In this document: positions 27,443 to 36,702 of the stretch, in pieces | How positions within the stretch are numbered: position 1 is the stretch's first letter | Layout of the letters: each line of letters starts with the position of its first letter | Virus record (IMG/VR): IMGVR_UViG_3300017963_000189 | Direction: 5' to 3' (one strand) | DNA length: 64,000 bases | Origin: a virus | Taxonomy: Duplodnaviria; Caudoviricetes | Notes under the pieces: model-generated | What the model saw: the letters and a program-made list of their open reading frames with translations, nothing else | Databases searched by the model: none | Told to the model about the DNA's origin: nothing | Position numbers and translations under genes: made by a program

Positions 27443-27703
27443 TTATGTCGCCTCGACATCATGAGTATTTACTAATGTAGAATGATTAGTTTGTTGACAT
27501 TCATGTAATGTCATTAGAATAAGATTTCTTACAGCGTTATCGTATACAAATGATCTTGAAAGTGAATCAGTCCATTGACCGAGTTTCAGTCTCAGGTAGT
27601 GATATTGTTCTCTATACTCAGCGTCACTGATATGCGGTTCATGAAGTGATCCCATATTAAATTGATGTAGAGTTTGACAAATTTCAAGTATATTTTTATT
27701 CAT
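27443..27703 (-). CDS. hypothetical protein
   Basis: 86 aa; AAGGA RBS. Confidence 0.65.
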   Translation of the reverse strand: MNKNILEICQTLHQFNMGSLHEPHISDAEYREQYHYLRLKLGQWTDSLSRSFVYDNAVRNLILMTLHECQQTNHSTLVNTHDVEAT

Positions 27704-28033
27704 TTTTTATTCCTTTTTCTTTATTGATTTGATTTATCAGTGATTGTATATATTGTAAATGAGCGTAATAGGAACCTGAGTAAGTCCAATTTCCATTTTC
27801 TTCAAGACGTTTTGCTTCTATTAATTCACGTTCTAAACGTTCAAGTTTAGTCATTTTCATATCCTCTCCAGATGATGATTACGATTTTTTTGTAGTCATA
27901 TATTTCAAATAGTTTATAGTTATGTGGTTTCTTTTTATGTTTATGGAATGTAAGAGTATGTGGATTCCATTCATATATTTCTTTTTTCATTTAGTGTCCT
28001 TTCATCAGAGAACCGAATGTTTTTTATTAAAGA

Positions 28034-28240
28034 TTAACTGGTATCTTTTGTCATTTGATTATACAGGGAAGTAAGACATCTTTTTTGTTCTTTAGACAGT
28101 TTACCTTGATTAAGTTGTAGGAATAGTTCTCTTATTTTTTTAATCGCCTCATTAATATCGTCTTGGATCAAGATTCTATTAGGTTGAGTAGACAGAATAA
28201 TAGCTCCCTTTGTAGTAAATTCTTTTGGTTGATTTTTCAT
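28034..28240 (-). CDS. hypothetical protein, possible LNxLYK-family remnant
   Basis: LSKEQKRCLTSLY. Confidence 0.6.
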   Translation of the reverse strand: MKNQPKEFTTKGAIILSTQPNRILIQDDINEAIKKIRELFLQLNQGKLSKEQKRCLTSLYNQMTKDTS

Positions 28241-28498
28241 TGTATTATATTTTACCTCTTATGTATTCAATTTTTATACGTCACCGAGGCGTAATTTAAT
28301 TAAAGATTAATTGGTGACTCTCTCACTCCGTGAAATAGAATTCTTTAAGTTCTTTAATTATTTCATGAACTTGTGCTAATGCTATAGAGTAGTCCATTTC
28401 ATCAGGGAAATCAGGGAGTTTAACCGCAGTTTCCAATTTATCTACGAGTTCATCTTTCCATTCGTTATTTGCTTCTGCTATACCTGCTGATATTATAC

Positions 28499-28870
28499 TC
28501 ATTTTTCTTCGTCCTTTCCGTCGTATTCATTATATTTAAACCACAAGACATTATAGTAAGGGATAAACAGATTACCGTCGAAGTCTTTACAGTTATGTAG
28601 AGTAATGAAGTCAAACATAGCTTTCATAGTTACATCTTCGCAGTAGAATGTAGCAGCTATCATACTATCTTTATATTTCACTTGTACTTTATATTTGTAT
28701 ACCGTGTTACTTATGAGATTATCATTTTGGATTTCGCCAGTTGGAATTGTGTTATTTTGTTCGGCGTCACTGTTACAACCGTATACAAAAAGACTTATCA
28801 CAAAACAAACGAGTACCGCGAATCCGATTCTAATCCAAATATCTGCTTCATCCATATCTTTATATTTCAT
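28499..28870 (-). CDS. putative lipoprotein or membrane-anchored protein
   Basis: Hydrophobic segment ending VYGC. Confidence 0.7.
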   Translation of the reverse strand: MKYKDMDEADIWIRIGFAVLVCFVISLFVYGCNSDAEQNNTIPTGEIQNDNLISNTVYKYKVQVKYKDSMIAATFYCEDVTMKAMFDFITLHNCKDFDGNLFIPYYNVLWFKYNEYDGKDEEK

Positions 28871-29179
28871 TTAGTCCTCCAGATTTTCTCGATAATAGTA
28901 TTTGACATTATAGTATTCTATATAAAATTTATTATTATTAGCTTCTTTACAATCATCTATGTATATTGTACTACCGGTTATTCTTACATTTGATCCATGA
29001 AAGATTTCAGTAGAATCATTATTAAAAGTAATAACAAGTCTTTCTTTATAGATACTTTCATCATTAAGGTTTTCGCCACAACCGACTTGGGCGAACAAAA
29101 TACAAAATGTCAATCCAAGTAAAAGTATAGAATGTACTATCCAAATTTGATAACGTTTCATTTTATGTCCTTTCGCCAT
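28871..29179 (-). CDS. putative lipoprotein
   Basis: Hydrophobic segment ending QVGC. Confidence 0.7.
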   Translation of the reverse strand: MAKGHKMKRYQIWIVHSILLLGLTFCILFAQVGCGENLNDESIYKERLVITFNNDSTEIFHGSNVRITGSTIYIDDCKEANNNKFYIEYYNVKYYYRENLED

Positions 29180-29646
29180 TAATCACTAAATACACCATAT
29201 CCAACAAACTCAATGTGTCTATCCTTATCGTCGTGACCGTAAAACGGTAACCAGGGAATAGGATCATTAATAATTCTCAGATCTAAATCTTCGTCACAAT
29301 AATTTAGCAGAAATACCCAAAGTTCAGCCATATCTTCTGGCGACAAATGGATTTCTTGTAGATGATTTTCCATATCAGTAATAGATGTCCAGTCAAATCC
29401 CATATCTTTGAGTAGTTGATATTCAGGGTCAGCTTTCCTGATAAAGTCAACACCATATTCATCACAAAGATTGTGGATGTCTACTCCCGTTTTATCTTTA
29501 ATAGTGTAATGAACTTCTCTTACATATGCGACAGGTTTTGCTGAATGGACAAGGAAGTATTCACATTTACCGTGACCATCAGCACTCCAGTCTCCGATGG
29601 GAAGTTTAAATTCGTATAATTGTTGAACGTCATTATTTTCATTCAT
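29179..29646 (-). CDS. conserved phage protein
   Basis: IGDWSADGHGKCE...FVGYGVF. Confidence 0.8.
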   Translation of the reverse strand: MNENNDVQQLYEFKLPIGDWSADGHGKCEYFLVHSAKPVAYVREVHYTIKDKTGVDIHNLCDEYGVDFIRKADPEYQLLKDMGFDWTSITDMENHLQEIHLSPEDMAELWVFLLNYCDEDLDLRIINDPIPWLPFYGHDDKDRHIEFVGYGVFSD

Positions 29647-29647
29647 A

Positions 29648-29857
29648 TTATCCGTCCTTTTTATCTCCTAATGTATCTAAAAAATTCATTAATTTTTCAT
29701 AACAAGTAGAACACAAATCTTTTTCACCCGCGACACTGCGTTGTATGTGAGTATGTTTATCTACTTCAAATGATATTTTATAAAATGGATCAAAAGAAGC
29801 TTTTTTATCTACTTCAAAACCACAACCATCACATACTATTATTTCTTTTTTCGCCAT
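29648..29857 (-). CDS. zinc-finger protein
   Basis: CDGC...DLCSTC. Confidence 0.7.
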   Translation of the reverse strand: MAKKEIIVCDGCGFEVDKKASFDPFYKISFEVDKHTHIQRSVAGEKDLCSTCYEKLMNFLDTLGDKKDG

Positions 29858-29866
29858 AATTATCTC

Positions 29867-30124
29867 CTATTTATACGCTTCATCCACTCGATCAAATTGT
29901 GGTGGCTCCACAGTTGGATCGGGCAATAATCCCTCTTGTTCAAGTTGAAATTCTAAATCAACGATTCGTTTGCGAAGATACTCAATACATTCCATAGTAG
30001 GTTTACCATATTCTTTACTATGAACTTCTTGTGATCCACATACACGACAAACTTCATTCGGTTCTTCTTGACCCTTATTAAGTCCACGCCGATCATTAAT
30101 TGTATATCCCTTTTCTTCACTCAT
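29867..30124 (-). CDS. zinc-binding hypothetical protein
   Basis: CRVC...H...C. Confidence 0.7.
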   Translation of the reverse strand: MSEEKGYTINDRRGLNKGQEEPNEVCRVCGSQEVHSKEYGKPTMECIEYLRKRIVDLEFQLEQEGLLPDPTVEPPQFDRVDEAYK

Positions 30125-30141
30125 AATTTACCCCTTTCTTA

Positions 30142-30378
30142 TTAATAAGAACCATCTATTAAGGCGATACCTATTGCGAACGGGAACGCGAAACATAACC
30201 AACCAACAGTACCCGACAATCCCCACATGATAGCTCCCCAGATGAACAGCCAAAATGATGGTTCAGTAATACCATGAAACATATTTACAGCTCCACCCCA
30301 AAAGAGTAGATAAACACCTACGTATAGACCTATAACTATACCGATTAAAATTAATAAACCACCTAATAATTTCTTCAT
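30142..30378 (-). CDS. membrane protein
   Basis: Gly-rich TM segments; first gene after P12. Confidence 0.75.
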   Translation of the reverse strand: MKKLLGGLLILIGIVIGLYVGVYLLFWGGAVNMFHGITEPSFWLFIWGAIMWGLSGTVGWLCFAFPFAIGIALIDGSY

Positions 30379-30413
30379 GATTTGTTCCTTTCTATTTAGA
30401 TTATATTTCTTAT

Positions 30414-30442
30414 AATATACGAAATTATTTCGTATTTGTCAA
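30414..30442 (-). promoter_or_regulatory. sigma70-type phage promoter P12
   Basis: TTGACA-17bp-TATATT with TTCG before -10; TGA is the stop of 30439-30804. Confidence 0.75.
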
Positions 30443-30804
30443 GTAATTTCTTTAGCTTCCGCCCATGCTATTTTAATGTTTGTCCAAATCCATTTGATAA
30501 ATTTTACAATCGCCCAACCAATCCATGTGGCTAACGCTGTTAAAAATGTAACAGCAAATCCTACGACATATAAAGGTACGGCTTTACCGTCACCATCTAC
30601 CGAATCCAACCAACCGAATACATCTACAATGACATATCCAACTATATGAAATACCCCAAATAATATTGAAAAGACAATAGCTAATACAACTACTATTATA
30701 ATCACTTCAAGAATATCCGTCCAACCGCGCCAACCCGTTATCCGTTTAATCTCGTTCCATTTATTTCTTAGAAAGATTCTAAAAAAGTTAAGTAGAAAGT
30801 TCAT
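30439..30804 (-). CDS. membrane protein
   Basis: 2 TM segments. Confidence 0.7.
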   Translation of the reverse strand: MNFLLNFFRIFLRNKWNEIKRITGWRGWTDILEVIIIVVVLAIVFSILFGVFHIVGYVIVDVFGWLDSVDGDGKAVPLYVVGFAVTFLTALATWIGWAIVKFIKWIWTNIKIAWAEAKEIT

Positions 30805-31007
30805 TTATTTTCTCCCTCATATTGAAAGTCTTTTTTACACTTAGGGCATTGCATCATAACACCCTCTTTTTTTATTCGTTTTATACAATTTTTGGCGATA
30901 TGTCTATTAACCGGTCCTTTAGATTCACCTATAAAATCTAACATCATTAGATGTGTATAGTCAAAAGTTGATTTACAATTTGGACAATGGATATTTTCTA
31001 TTTTCAT
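30801..31007 (-). CDS. zinc-ribbon protein
   Basis: CPNC and CPKC. Confidence 0.65.
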   Translation of the reverse strand: MKIENIHCPNCKSTFDYTHLMMLDFIGESKGPVNRHIAKNCIKRIKKEGVMMQCPKCKKDFQYEGENK

Positions 31008-31288
31008 TCCAACAGACCTTTCTTTTCAGAATACTTCATATATTTTCTTACTTTTGTCTTTTTCGCCTCAATTTGTTCAGCACTATACAAAATCGTCTCT
31101 CTAATATCTTCACCAAATAACATTTCAATCACGGCGACCAACTCAATAAATTCCCGTAAGATCACTTCTTGAGGCGACTCGTCTAAAAAATCATCGTCTA
31201 ACCCAAATCGTTGAGCTTTTCCGACACCTTGAATTATTTCAGATGCTTCTTCACCTATACACGTTAGCAAATATTCCTTTTTATTCAT
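31004..31288 (-). CDS. MazG-like all-alpha NTP pyrophosphohydrolase
   Basis: LLTCIGEEASEIIQ..GK..RFG...EFIELVAVIEML. Confidence 0.65.
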   Translation of the reverse strand: MNKKEYLLTCIGEEASEIIQGVGKAQRFGLDDDFLDESPQEVILREFIELVAVIEMLFGEDIRETILYSAEQIEAKKTKVRKYMKYSEKKGLLE

Positions 31289-31442
31289 TTATAATTTTCC
31301 TTATAATATTCATCACTCATTTTAGGTTTAAATGGTAATTTAGCACATTTAGGACATATATTATTATGAACTATGATGTAAATATAATGTCCAATATAAT
31401 GTTTGGTTGATGCTTCTCTACCACATGAATAACATTTCATAT

Positions 31443-31694
31443 TTATATTCCTTTGTATGTCGCCTCTTGTTCATCAAAATTATCTTTCCAATGATCAAAA
31501 GGTTCATAATTTTTTGTAGCGTAATTGTATACTCCATATTTATTTACTCGTATCACTTCCCAAAATGCTTCGTGTGGGCGTACCACATCACAATTAAGTT
31601 CTTTCGCCAATTCAATCATTTCTCTTACTGATTTGAGCATTTGTGGTACACTACTTTCATTAATAGTTACCACCACAGCAATATTTCTTTTCAC
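31443..31694 (-). CDS. hypothetical protein
   Basis: 83 aa in operon. Confidence 0.6.
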   Translation of the reverse strand: MKRNIAVVVTINESSVPQMLKSVREMIELAKELNCDVVRPHEAFWEVIRVNKYGVYNYATKNYEPFDHWKDNFDEQEATYKGI

Positions 31695-31938
31695 GTATTG
31701 CTCCTTCCACTTCTTTTCTTTGTCTCAACATTTTTAAACCCACTTTAATACCAACTTCTTGAGCTTCTTCTCTTGTGTCATAAGTATCTTCTGGCATATA
31801 ACTACTATAAACTTTCATATAATGTCTATCGACTATACAACAAACCCATCCTAATAAATTTGGATTGAGTTCAGCAGCTCCAACAGTAAATGTACTTACT
31901 TCTATTTCATAATTGTTTAAGAACTTAATATAGTTCAT
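31660..31938 (-). CDS. hypothetical protein
   Basis: 92 aa in operon. Confidence 0.65.
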   Translation of the reverse strand: MNYIKFLNNYEIEVSTFTVGAAELNPNLLGWVCCIVDRHYMKVYSSYMPEDTYDTREEAQEVGIKVGLKMLRQRKEVEGAIREKKYCCGGNY

Positions 31939-31940
31939 TC

Positions 31941-32105
31941 TTACGCCTCATTTGCTAAAGTAGTGAATTTATGACCACATTGTTCACAACGATATGTGAT
32001 TCTATCAGGTTTTCCCAAGAATGCTTTCTTAAATGTCTTTTGTAACCACCATTTACCATCGGCCCGACACTTCGGGCAGTTTTGAAATTCTTTAAATTCC
32101 ATCAT
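31941..32105 (-). CDS. zinc-ribbon protein
   Basis: CPKC and CEQC; start moved to MMEFK. Confidence 0.65.
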   Translation of the reverse strand: MMEFKEFQNCPKCRADGKWWLQKTFKKAFLGKPDRITYRCEQCGHKFTTLANEA

Positions 32106-32287
32106 TTTGTTTTTTCCTCTCCCAACAATCTGGCGAGTTCCCAACCAGCATGACTTAAAACATCGTCTAACATATGATGTGTTCTCCACATTTCTAATTC
32201 AGCCGCACGTCCTTTTACAGTAGCAAGAGTTAATATAAATGAACGTATGTCTAATTCTCTTTTATGATCGATTAGTTTTTTACCCAT
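32102..32287 (-). CDS. hypothetical protein
   Basis: 61 aa, overlap-coupled. Confidence 0.6.
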   Translation of the reverse strand: MGKKLIDHKRELDIRSFILTLATVKGRAAELEMWRTHHMLDDVLSHAGWELARLLGEEKTK

Positions 32288-32510
32288 TATTTTTCTCCAT
32301 TATTAATCGTTTCGCCACCCATTGACAACCACAAATCTTACAAGTATACCTTACTTCATATCCTGGCTTACCGTCAGGAGCTGTAGCATCTTGAAAAGAT
32401 ATAATTTCAAACTTAAATTCCGCAAAGTTTGTAATACATTCAGGACAGGTTTCATTCATAAATGACATATCCCCATAAATAAATTTTAATCCATGTTTAA
32501 TTATTTTCAA
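32280..32510 (-). CDS. zinc-ribbon protein
   Basis: CPEC and CKIC. Confidence 0.65.
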   Translation of the reverse strand: MKIIKHGLKFIYGDMSFMNETCPECITNFAEFKFEIISFQDATAPDGKPGYEVRYTCKICGCQWVAKRLIMEKNNG

Positions 32511-32797
32511 AATAATAACTCCTTTAATTGTGATAAAGCTAATACCAAATTAAAAAATCCTACAAGAAATAAAAATATTCTTCCTAAGAAGATTCTATAA
32601 ACTTTCATCGACGCAATTAACAACCAAAATGCGATATTTAAACTCGCAATCGTTTCAGCCCATAAAGGTAATGTAAAAATCCAACTTATAAGAATCAAAA
32701 AAACTACTGCCCATCCCCAAAGATTAATTCGTCCTCTAAAGGTTTCATTAGTATTGTAAAGTTCAGTCCAATATGGTTGTGGTTCAAATTTACTCAT
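32507..32797 (-). CDS. membrane protein
   Basis: 3 TM segments. Confidence 0.7.
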   Translation of the reverse strand: MSKFEPQPYWTELYNTNETFRGRINLWGWAVVFLILISWIFTLPLWAETIASLNIAFWLLIASMKVYRIFLGRIFLFLVGFFNLVLALSQLKELLF

Positions 32798-33426
32798 TTT
32801 TTAGCTCCCATATATTTAGCTTTTCCCAATAGTGCTGGTTGATTTCTTGTTGTAGCACCATATCTATTTTTAACTATTTCGCCGTAAATACTTCCATCTT
32901 TACAAGTTACATGAACTACAAAAGACGCCATCGACATTATCGGCATTCCCCAATTCGGATCAGTATTATGTAAATAAAAATATCCCATTTCTGCTACCCT
33001 ATTTTGTTGTAACGTAACCCAAACTCTATAATTATTTTTAATAGCGATCCTTTGAATATCTCTCAAACGATGATAAGTTTTTACTCCACCATCTAACAAA
33101 TAAAGATTATCAATAAAAATGTTTTGTCTTGAATAATTTCTAAGATTTAAGAAAAATTCCAACGTTTCAAAATCTCTTAAAAATGGTTGTTTTTCCAAAT
33201 CTATCAACACACTTTCCAATTCTTTACCACATTTTGCCATTTCAGAAATAAGTTTTGATTTTCCAGATCCAGTCTTACCATAAATAATACCTACTTCTCC
33301 AGGACTAACTATCCATCCAGGTAATCCAACATCTTCTTTTACTTTTGTCGCCCCAAATAAGAAATTTCCGGTCGCTATCATCGCGCCCGAGGCCATAATT
33401 GTCTTGAAAAAATTTCTACGATCCAT
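32794..33426 (-). CDS. DnaB/RecA-fold P-loop protein with twin-arginine-like N-terminus
   Basis: MDRRNFFK + hydrophobic stretch; GKTGSGKS; IFIDNL; TLQQNR; IVKNRYG. Confidence 0.7.
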   Translation of the reverse strand: MDRRNFFKTIMASGAMIATGNFLFGATKVKEDVGLPGWIVSPGEVGIIYGKTGSGKSKLISEMAKCGKELESVLIDLEKQPFLRDFETLEFFLNLRNYSRQNIFIDNLYLLDGGVKTYHRLRDIQRIAIKNNYRVWVTLQQNRVAEMGYFYLHNTDPNWGMPIMSMASFVVHVTCKDGSIYGEIVKNRYGATTRNQPALLGKAKYMGAKK

Positions 33427-33660
33427 TGTTGCTCCTCTCACCTTATGTAATATCTTACACCTTTAAAAAACTCTTTCCACCAATTAATTGTATCAGGTAC
33501 TACCAATATAAACATAAGAATAAACATCCCTACCGGAAACGCCCCTAACCAGAAATGCCATCTTTTGTCAAACGAGTGACCATGTACAAACATAAACTAA
33601 AACCCATAATTTATAACAACCATCCAAGGCGTAACAAATAATAAAATTGACCAATCCATT

Positions 33661-33933
33661 TTATAACTCCACAAATAATAAAATTATAAATGTAATAATA
33701 ATTAACCAACTACCAAAATAACCCATTGACGAAAAGGCATCCAACATCCAAGTATGTCTATATCTCCACACCCCATATATACCCACTCCAATAAATTGAA
33801 TGGTGACTATTGTTATTCCTGCGGGGAAAATCTCAGGATTCACAGAAGTCATTAAACAAAAAAACATTACTACTCCATAAATAATTACAAATAATCCTTT
33901 TATTCCCGCCCATGCTTCTTGTGTCATTTTCAT
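33661..33933 (-). CDS. membrane protein
   Basis: 3 TM segments. Confidence 0.65.
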   Translation of the reverse strand: MKMTQEAWAGIKGLFVIIYGVVMFFCLMTSVNPEIFPAGITIVTIQFIGVGIYGVWRYRHTWMLDAFSSMGYFGSWLIIITFIILLFVEL

Positions 33934-34148
33934 TTTGTTACGCCTTTCAATACAAGTGTTGTTAATTCATCTACTGCTGTCGCTAGATTTTGTACTTGTT
34001 CTTGTAGATTTGGAATGATTTTTTCAACCAATATTTTATTTTCATTCTTTTGAATATCATACAATTCTTTTAATAACTTTAACGCGTTACTATTATTTAA
34101 AGCGATTTGATTGATTTTTTCTTGTCTGCTCTCAGGAGTTTCGTTCAT
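33930..34148 (-). CDS. coiled-coil protein
   Basis: 72 aa heptad pattern. Confidence 0.65.
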   Translation of the reverse strand: MNETPESRQEKINQIALNNSNALKLLKELYDIQKNENKILVEKIIPNLQEQVQNLATAVDELTTLVLKGVTK

Positions 34149-34557
34149 TTTCTTGTTCCTTTACTTGTACTAAAATGTTTTGTAAAATTTCTTGTACTTG
34201 TCTATCGATCACTTGAGTTGATAAAGACATTCCGTGTGTAAGCACACACTTCCCCTCAGACGAAAATAATGACCATTCCCAAAATTTTCCTTTGAGAAAG
34301 CATATATAAATGCTACTTCCATCTTCAAAAGTAAACTTATAATCTCCGGAATGACTATATCTCATAACATTTATTTTTGGATTTGATTGTAAATGTTTCA
34401 ATACATTTTTTCTCGTCAACCACTTGTGACGTTCAAAAAATATAGATTCCCAAACCATTAGAGCAAATCCCAATGTTGCTGCCATGACATATCCTCCGAG
34501 AATCTGAAATGCTAACTTATATTTGACATCTTCTTTTTTGACACATATGTTTTTCAT
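34132..34557 (-). CDS. membrane-anchored hypothetical protein
   Basis: 1 TM near the N-terminus. Confidence 0.65.
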   Translation of the reverse strand: MKNICVKKEDVKYKLAFQILGGYVMAATLGFALMVWESIFFERHKWLTRKNVLKHLQSNPKINVMRYSHSGDYKFTFEDGSSIYICFLKGKFWEWSLFSSEGKCVLTHGMSLSTQVIDRQVQEILQNILVQVKEQENERNS

Positions 34558-34964
34558 GCACAGTTTTCCTTTGGTTCTATTCCTACACTTGTAATAACAT
34601 AATTATCCACAATAGTAATATTTTCATCTTCGTCTGATTTGGATGTATGACCGAATCCAAATGTAACTATCCGAAAGTTTTCCGCATCCTCAATAATTTT
34701 TTTTAGTTCTTCGCCGCTTGGAGTTCCTATTATTTCAATATCACCTACATAATCGTTATCTACTTCATTGATCTCTTTTACCAGAAACGCCGATTTGTGT
34801 AGTTCAATATCATCATGTTTTGGTTGACCAAGTTGACCAACGGCTTTATCTTCCTCTACTTGTACTTTCACATATTCTTTGAAAGCATTCCGGAGCGCTT
34901 CCTTTGTAAATACCACTCCATTTCCATTAGGCTCGTCAGCTTTGACGTTAAATTTTACTTTCAT
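34554..34964 (-). CDS. T4 gp21-like prohead protease homolog, apparently inactive
   Basis: ADEPNGNG.VF....A.GQLGQP...VGDIEIIGTPSG; ELxHP is QLGQP and SSRG is VTFG. Confidence 0.7.
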   Translation of the reverse strand: MKVKFNVKADEPNGNGVVFTKEALRNAFKEYVKVQVEEDKAVGQLGQPKHDDIELHKSAFLVKEINEVDNDYVGDIEIIGTPSGEELKKIIEDAENFRIVTFGFGHTSKSDEDENITIVDNYVITSVGIEPKENCA

Positions 34965-35407
34965 TGTTCCTCTCCAGGTTTAAATTCGTGACCACAATCA
35001 GGACAAGTTACATATTCGGACATATCCACATCATTCGCAACGTGACACGGTTCATTATTTTTCATTACGAGTTTCCAACTATCTTTTGCTCTTTCGCCTT
35101 GAGCATGTAACGTTCCCTCTAACTCAAAATCGGGATATAAATGTGTCATATAATTGATAATTCCTTGAACGGCGCCCCTCATACCATATGTTTTTTCAGT
35201 TCCATTCCATCTAATACCATCATAATCAGAAGTAAACTCCAAATCAATGTGATAACCATCAAAATCAGCAGCATCCCAGAATCTGGCTACGTCCTCGTCA
35301 AAATCTCTCACATCTTCACCAAGAACTTTGTCTAATCTGGCTATCTGAGCAGCATTCAACATCTTTTTGAATGTCAAACAACCACTAAAATCTGTATTAT
35401 ATCCCAT
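34961..35407 (-). CDS. conserved phage protein
   Basis: MGYNTDF.G...I.WNG.EK.Y...L.G.L.AQGE; C-terminal CPDC. Confidence 0.8.
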   Translation of the reverse strand: MGYNTDFSGCLTFKKMLNAAQIARLDKVLGEDVRDFDEDVARFWDAADFDGYHIDLEFTSDYDGIRWNGTEKTYGMRGAVQGIINYMTHLYPDFELEGTLHAQGERAKDSWKLVMKNNEPCHVANDVDMSEYVTCPDCGHEFKPGEEQ

Positions 35408-35408
35408 A

Positions 35409-35582
35409 TTAAAATCTCCCTTTTATAGATTTATATAACTCGTAAAAGAAGAACGGTGGCCCAATTATAAGACATAATAAAAATACCCAAATCTTTCTTT
35501 TCCAATTAATTTCAGTTTGATTTGAATAAATAATGTAATGTAACAATCCAAGTCCTAACCAAATATATAAAAATTCTTCCAT
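35409..35582 (-). CDS. membrane protein
   Basis: Start moved to MEEFL; 2 TM. Confidence 0.6.
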   Translation of the reverse strand: MEEFLYIWLGLGLLHYIIYSNQTEINWKRKIWVFLLCLIIGPPFFFYELYKSIKGRF

Positions 35583-35583
35583 A

Positions 35584-35799
35584 TTAGTACCGATCCCCGC
35601 CACAAAATTCACCATTAGGTTGATCTTTCTTTTCAATTTTCTCAACGTCAATTTCTACTACACTATGTAGTGGAATGATAATTTCATTATTGTCGCCTCG
35701 TTCCATTGTAAGAATGTTATCTTTTATTCGATAGCGACTAATCTTTTTATACGTTGTTGAACTATCTCTTTTTGTTACTGTCATTGTAAATGTTTTCAT
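35584..35799 (-). CDS. hypothetical protein
   Basis: 71 aa; ATGA overlap. Confidence 0.65.
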   Translation of the reverse strand: MKTFTMTVTKRDSSTTYKKISRYRIKDNILTMERGDNNEIIIPLHSVVEIDVEKIEKKDQPNGEFCGGDRY

Positions 35800-36032
35800 A
35801 CTTTTACCTTTCTTACATAGAACGCTTTTAATTCGTCCTCTCGTTTTCGTAAATCCTTGTCGATATTATACCAGGGTCTGTCGTGTCCTATCACTTCCCA
35901 CATTTCACCTTTCGCCATGAATATAGTTCCTATCTCAAAATCTTTGACATCTTCCCTTTCAAATACAAACGTTATTTCACCACGCGCACCGACTTGATCG
36001 GCGACCGGATGGTATTCTCTCATATTATTCAC
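35796..36032 (-). CDS. hypothetical protein
   Basis: 78 aa in operon. Confidence 0.65.
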   Translation of the reverse strand: MNNMREYHPVADQVGARGEITFVFEREDVKDFEIGTIFMAKGEMWEVIGHDRPWYNIDKDLRKREDELKAFYVRKVKV

Positions 36033-36492
36033 CTATATTAAAATCATACTCACTTACATCTATAACTTTCATATCTTCATCAGGTTCAATGACATACCAA
36101 CCGAAAAAGATGTTGTTTCCATACATTTTTTTCTCAATAATAGTACGATTGTAATCATTTATTCTACGTTTCGCATCATAAATTCCCTCAACCAAACCCT
36201 CATAATATCCATCTTTGGATTCAGCAATAAGATTATCATCAGCATTAATTGTTTGAGATACCGCATTTAACGCTTTCAAATCATGTTGTAGGATTTCGCC
36301 ATCTTTATACGTTCTCAAATCAACGTAAGAACCATATGAACAACCCCAAGAAATTATCATAACCACAATTAAAATTACTGCTGCAGCACCACTAAAAAAC
36401 GCAGCTTCTTCACAATATGTTTTTTGAGCATATTTAACACTCAATGAAATCATAAATATAATTAAACCTACATGAATAAAAAATAATAACAT
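36025..36492 (-). CDS. membrane protein
   Basis: 2 TM plus INDYN.....K....N..FG.Y. Confidence 0.75.
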   Translation of the reverse strand: MLLFFIHVGLIIFMISLSVKYAQKTYCEEAAFFSGAAAVILIVVMIISWGCSYGSYVDLRTYKDGEILQHDLKALNAVSQTINADDNLIAESKDGYYEGLVEGIYDAKRRINDYNRTIIEKKMYGNNIFFGWYVIEPDEDMKVIDVSEYDFNIGE

Positions 36493-36504
36493 AACCTTTT
36501 TCTC

Positions 36505-36699
36505 CTATTTTTTGACTCTTTCATAAAAGATTGAAATAACAGTTCTTGATTGTTTTCCCATTTCAGTAAGACCCATTGATTGATTTGTATCAACAATTTT
36601 CACTCGTTCTAAATGAGTGTCTGATGATTGTAACCAATTATTTATGAGATTTTGTAAACTATCAATATTGTCGCCTTGAAATATTTTACATTGAATCAT
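36505..36699 (-). CDS. small hypothetical protein
   Basis: CKIFQG....LQNLINNWL...ISIFY; GAGGA RBS. Confidence 0.65.
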   Translation of the reverse strand: MIQCKIFQGDNIDSLQNLINNWLQSSDTHLERVKIVDTNQSMGLTEMGKQSRTVISIFYERVKK

Positions 36700-36702
36700 A
36701 TT

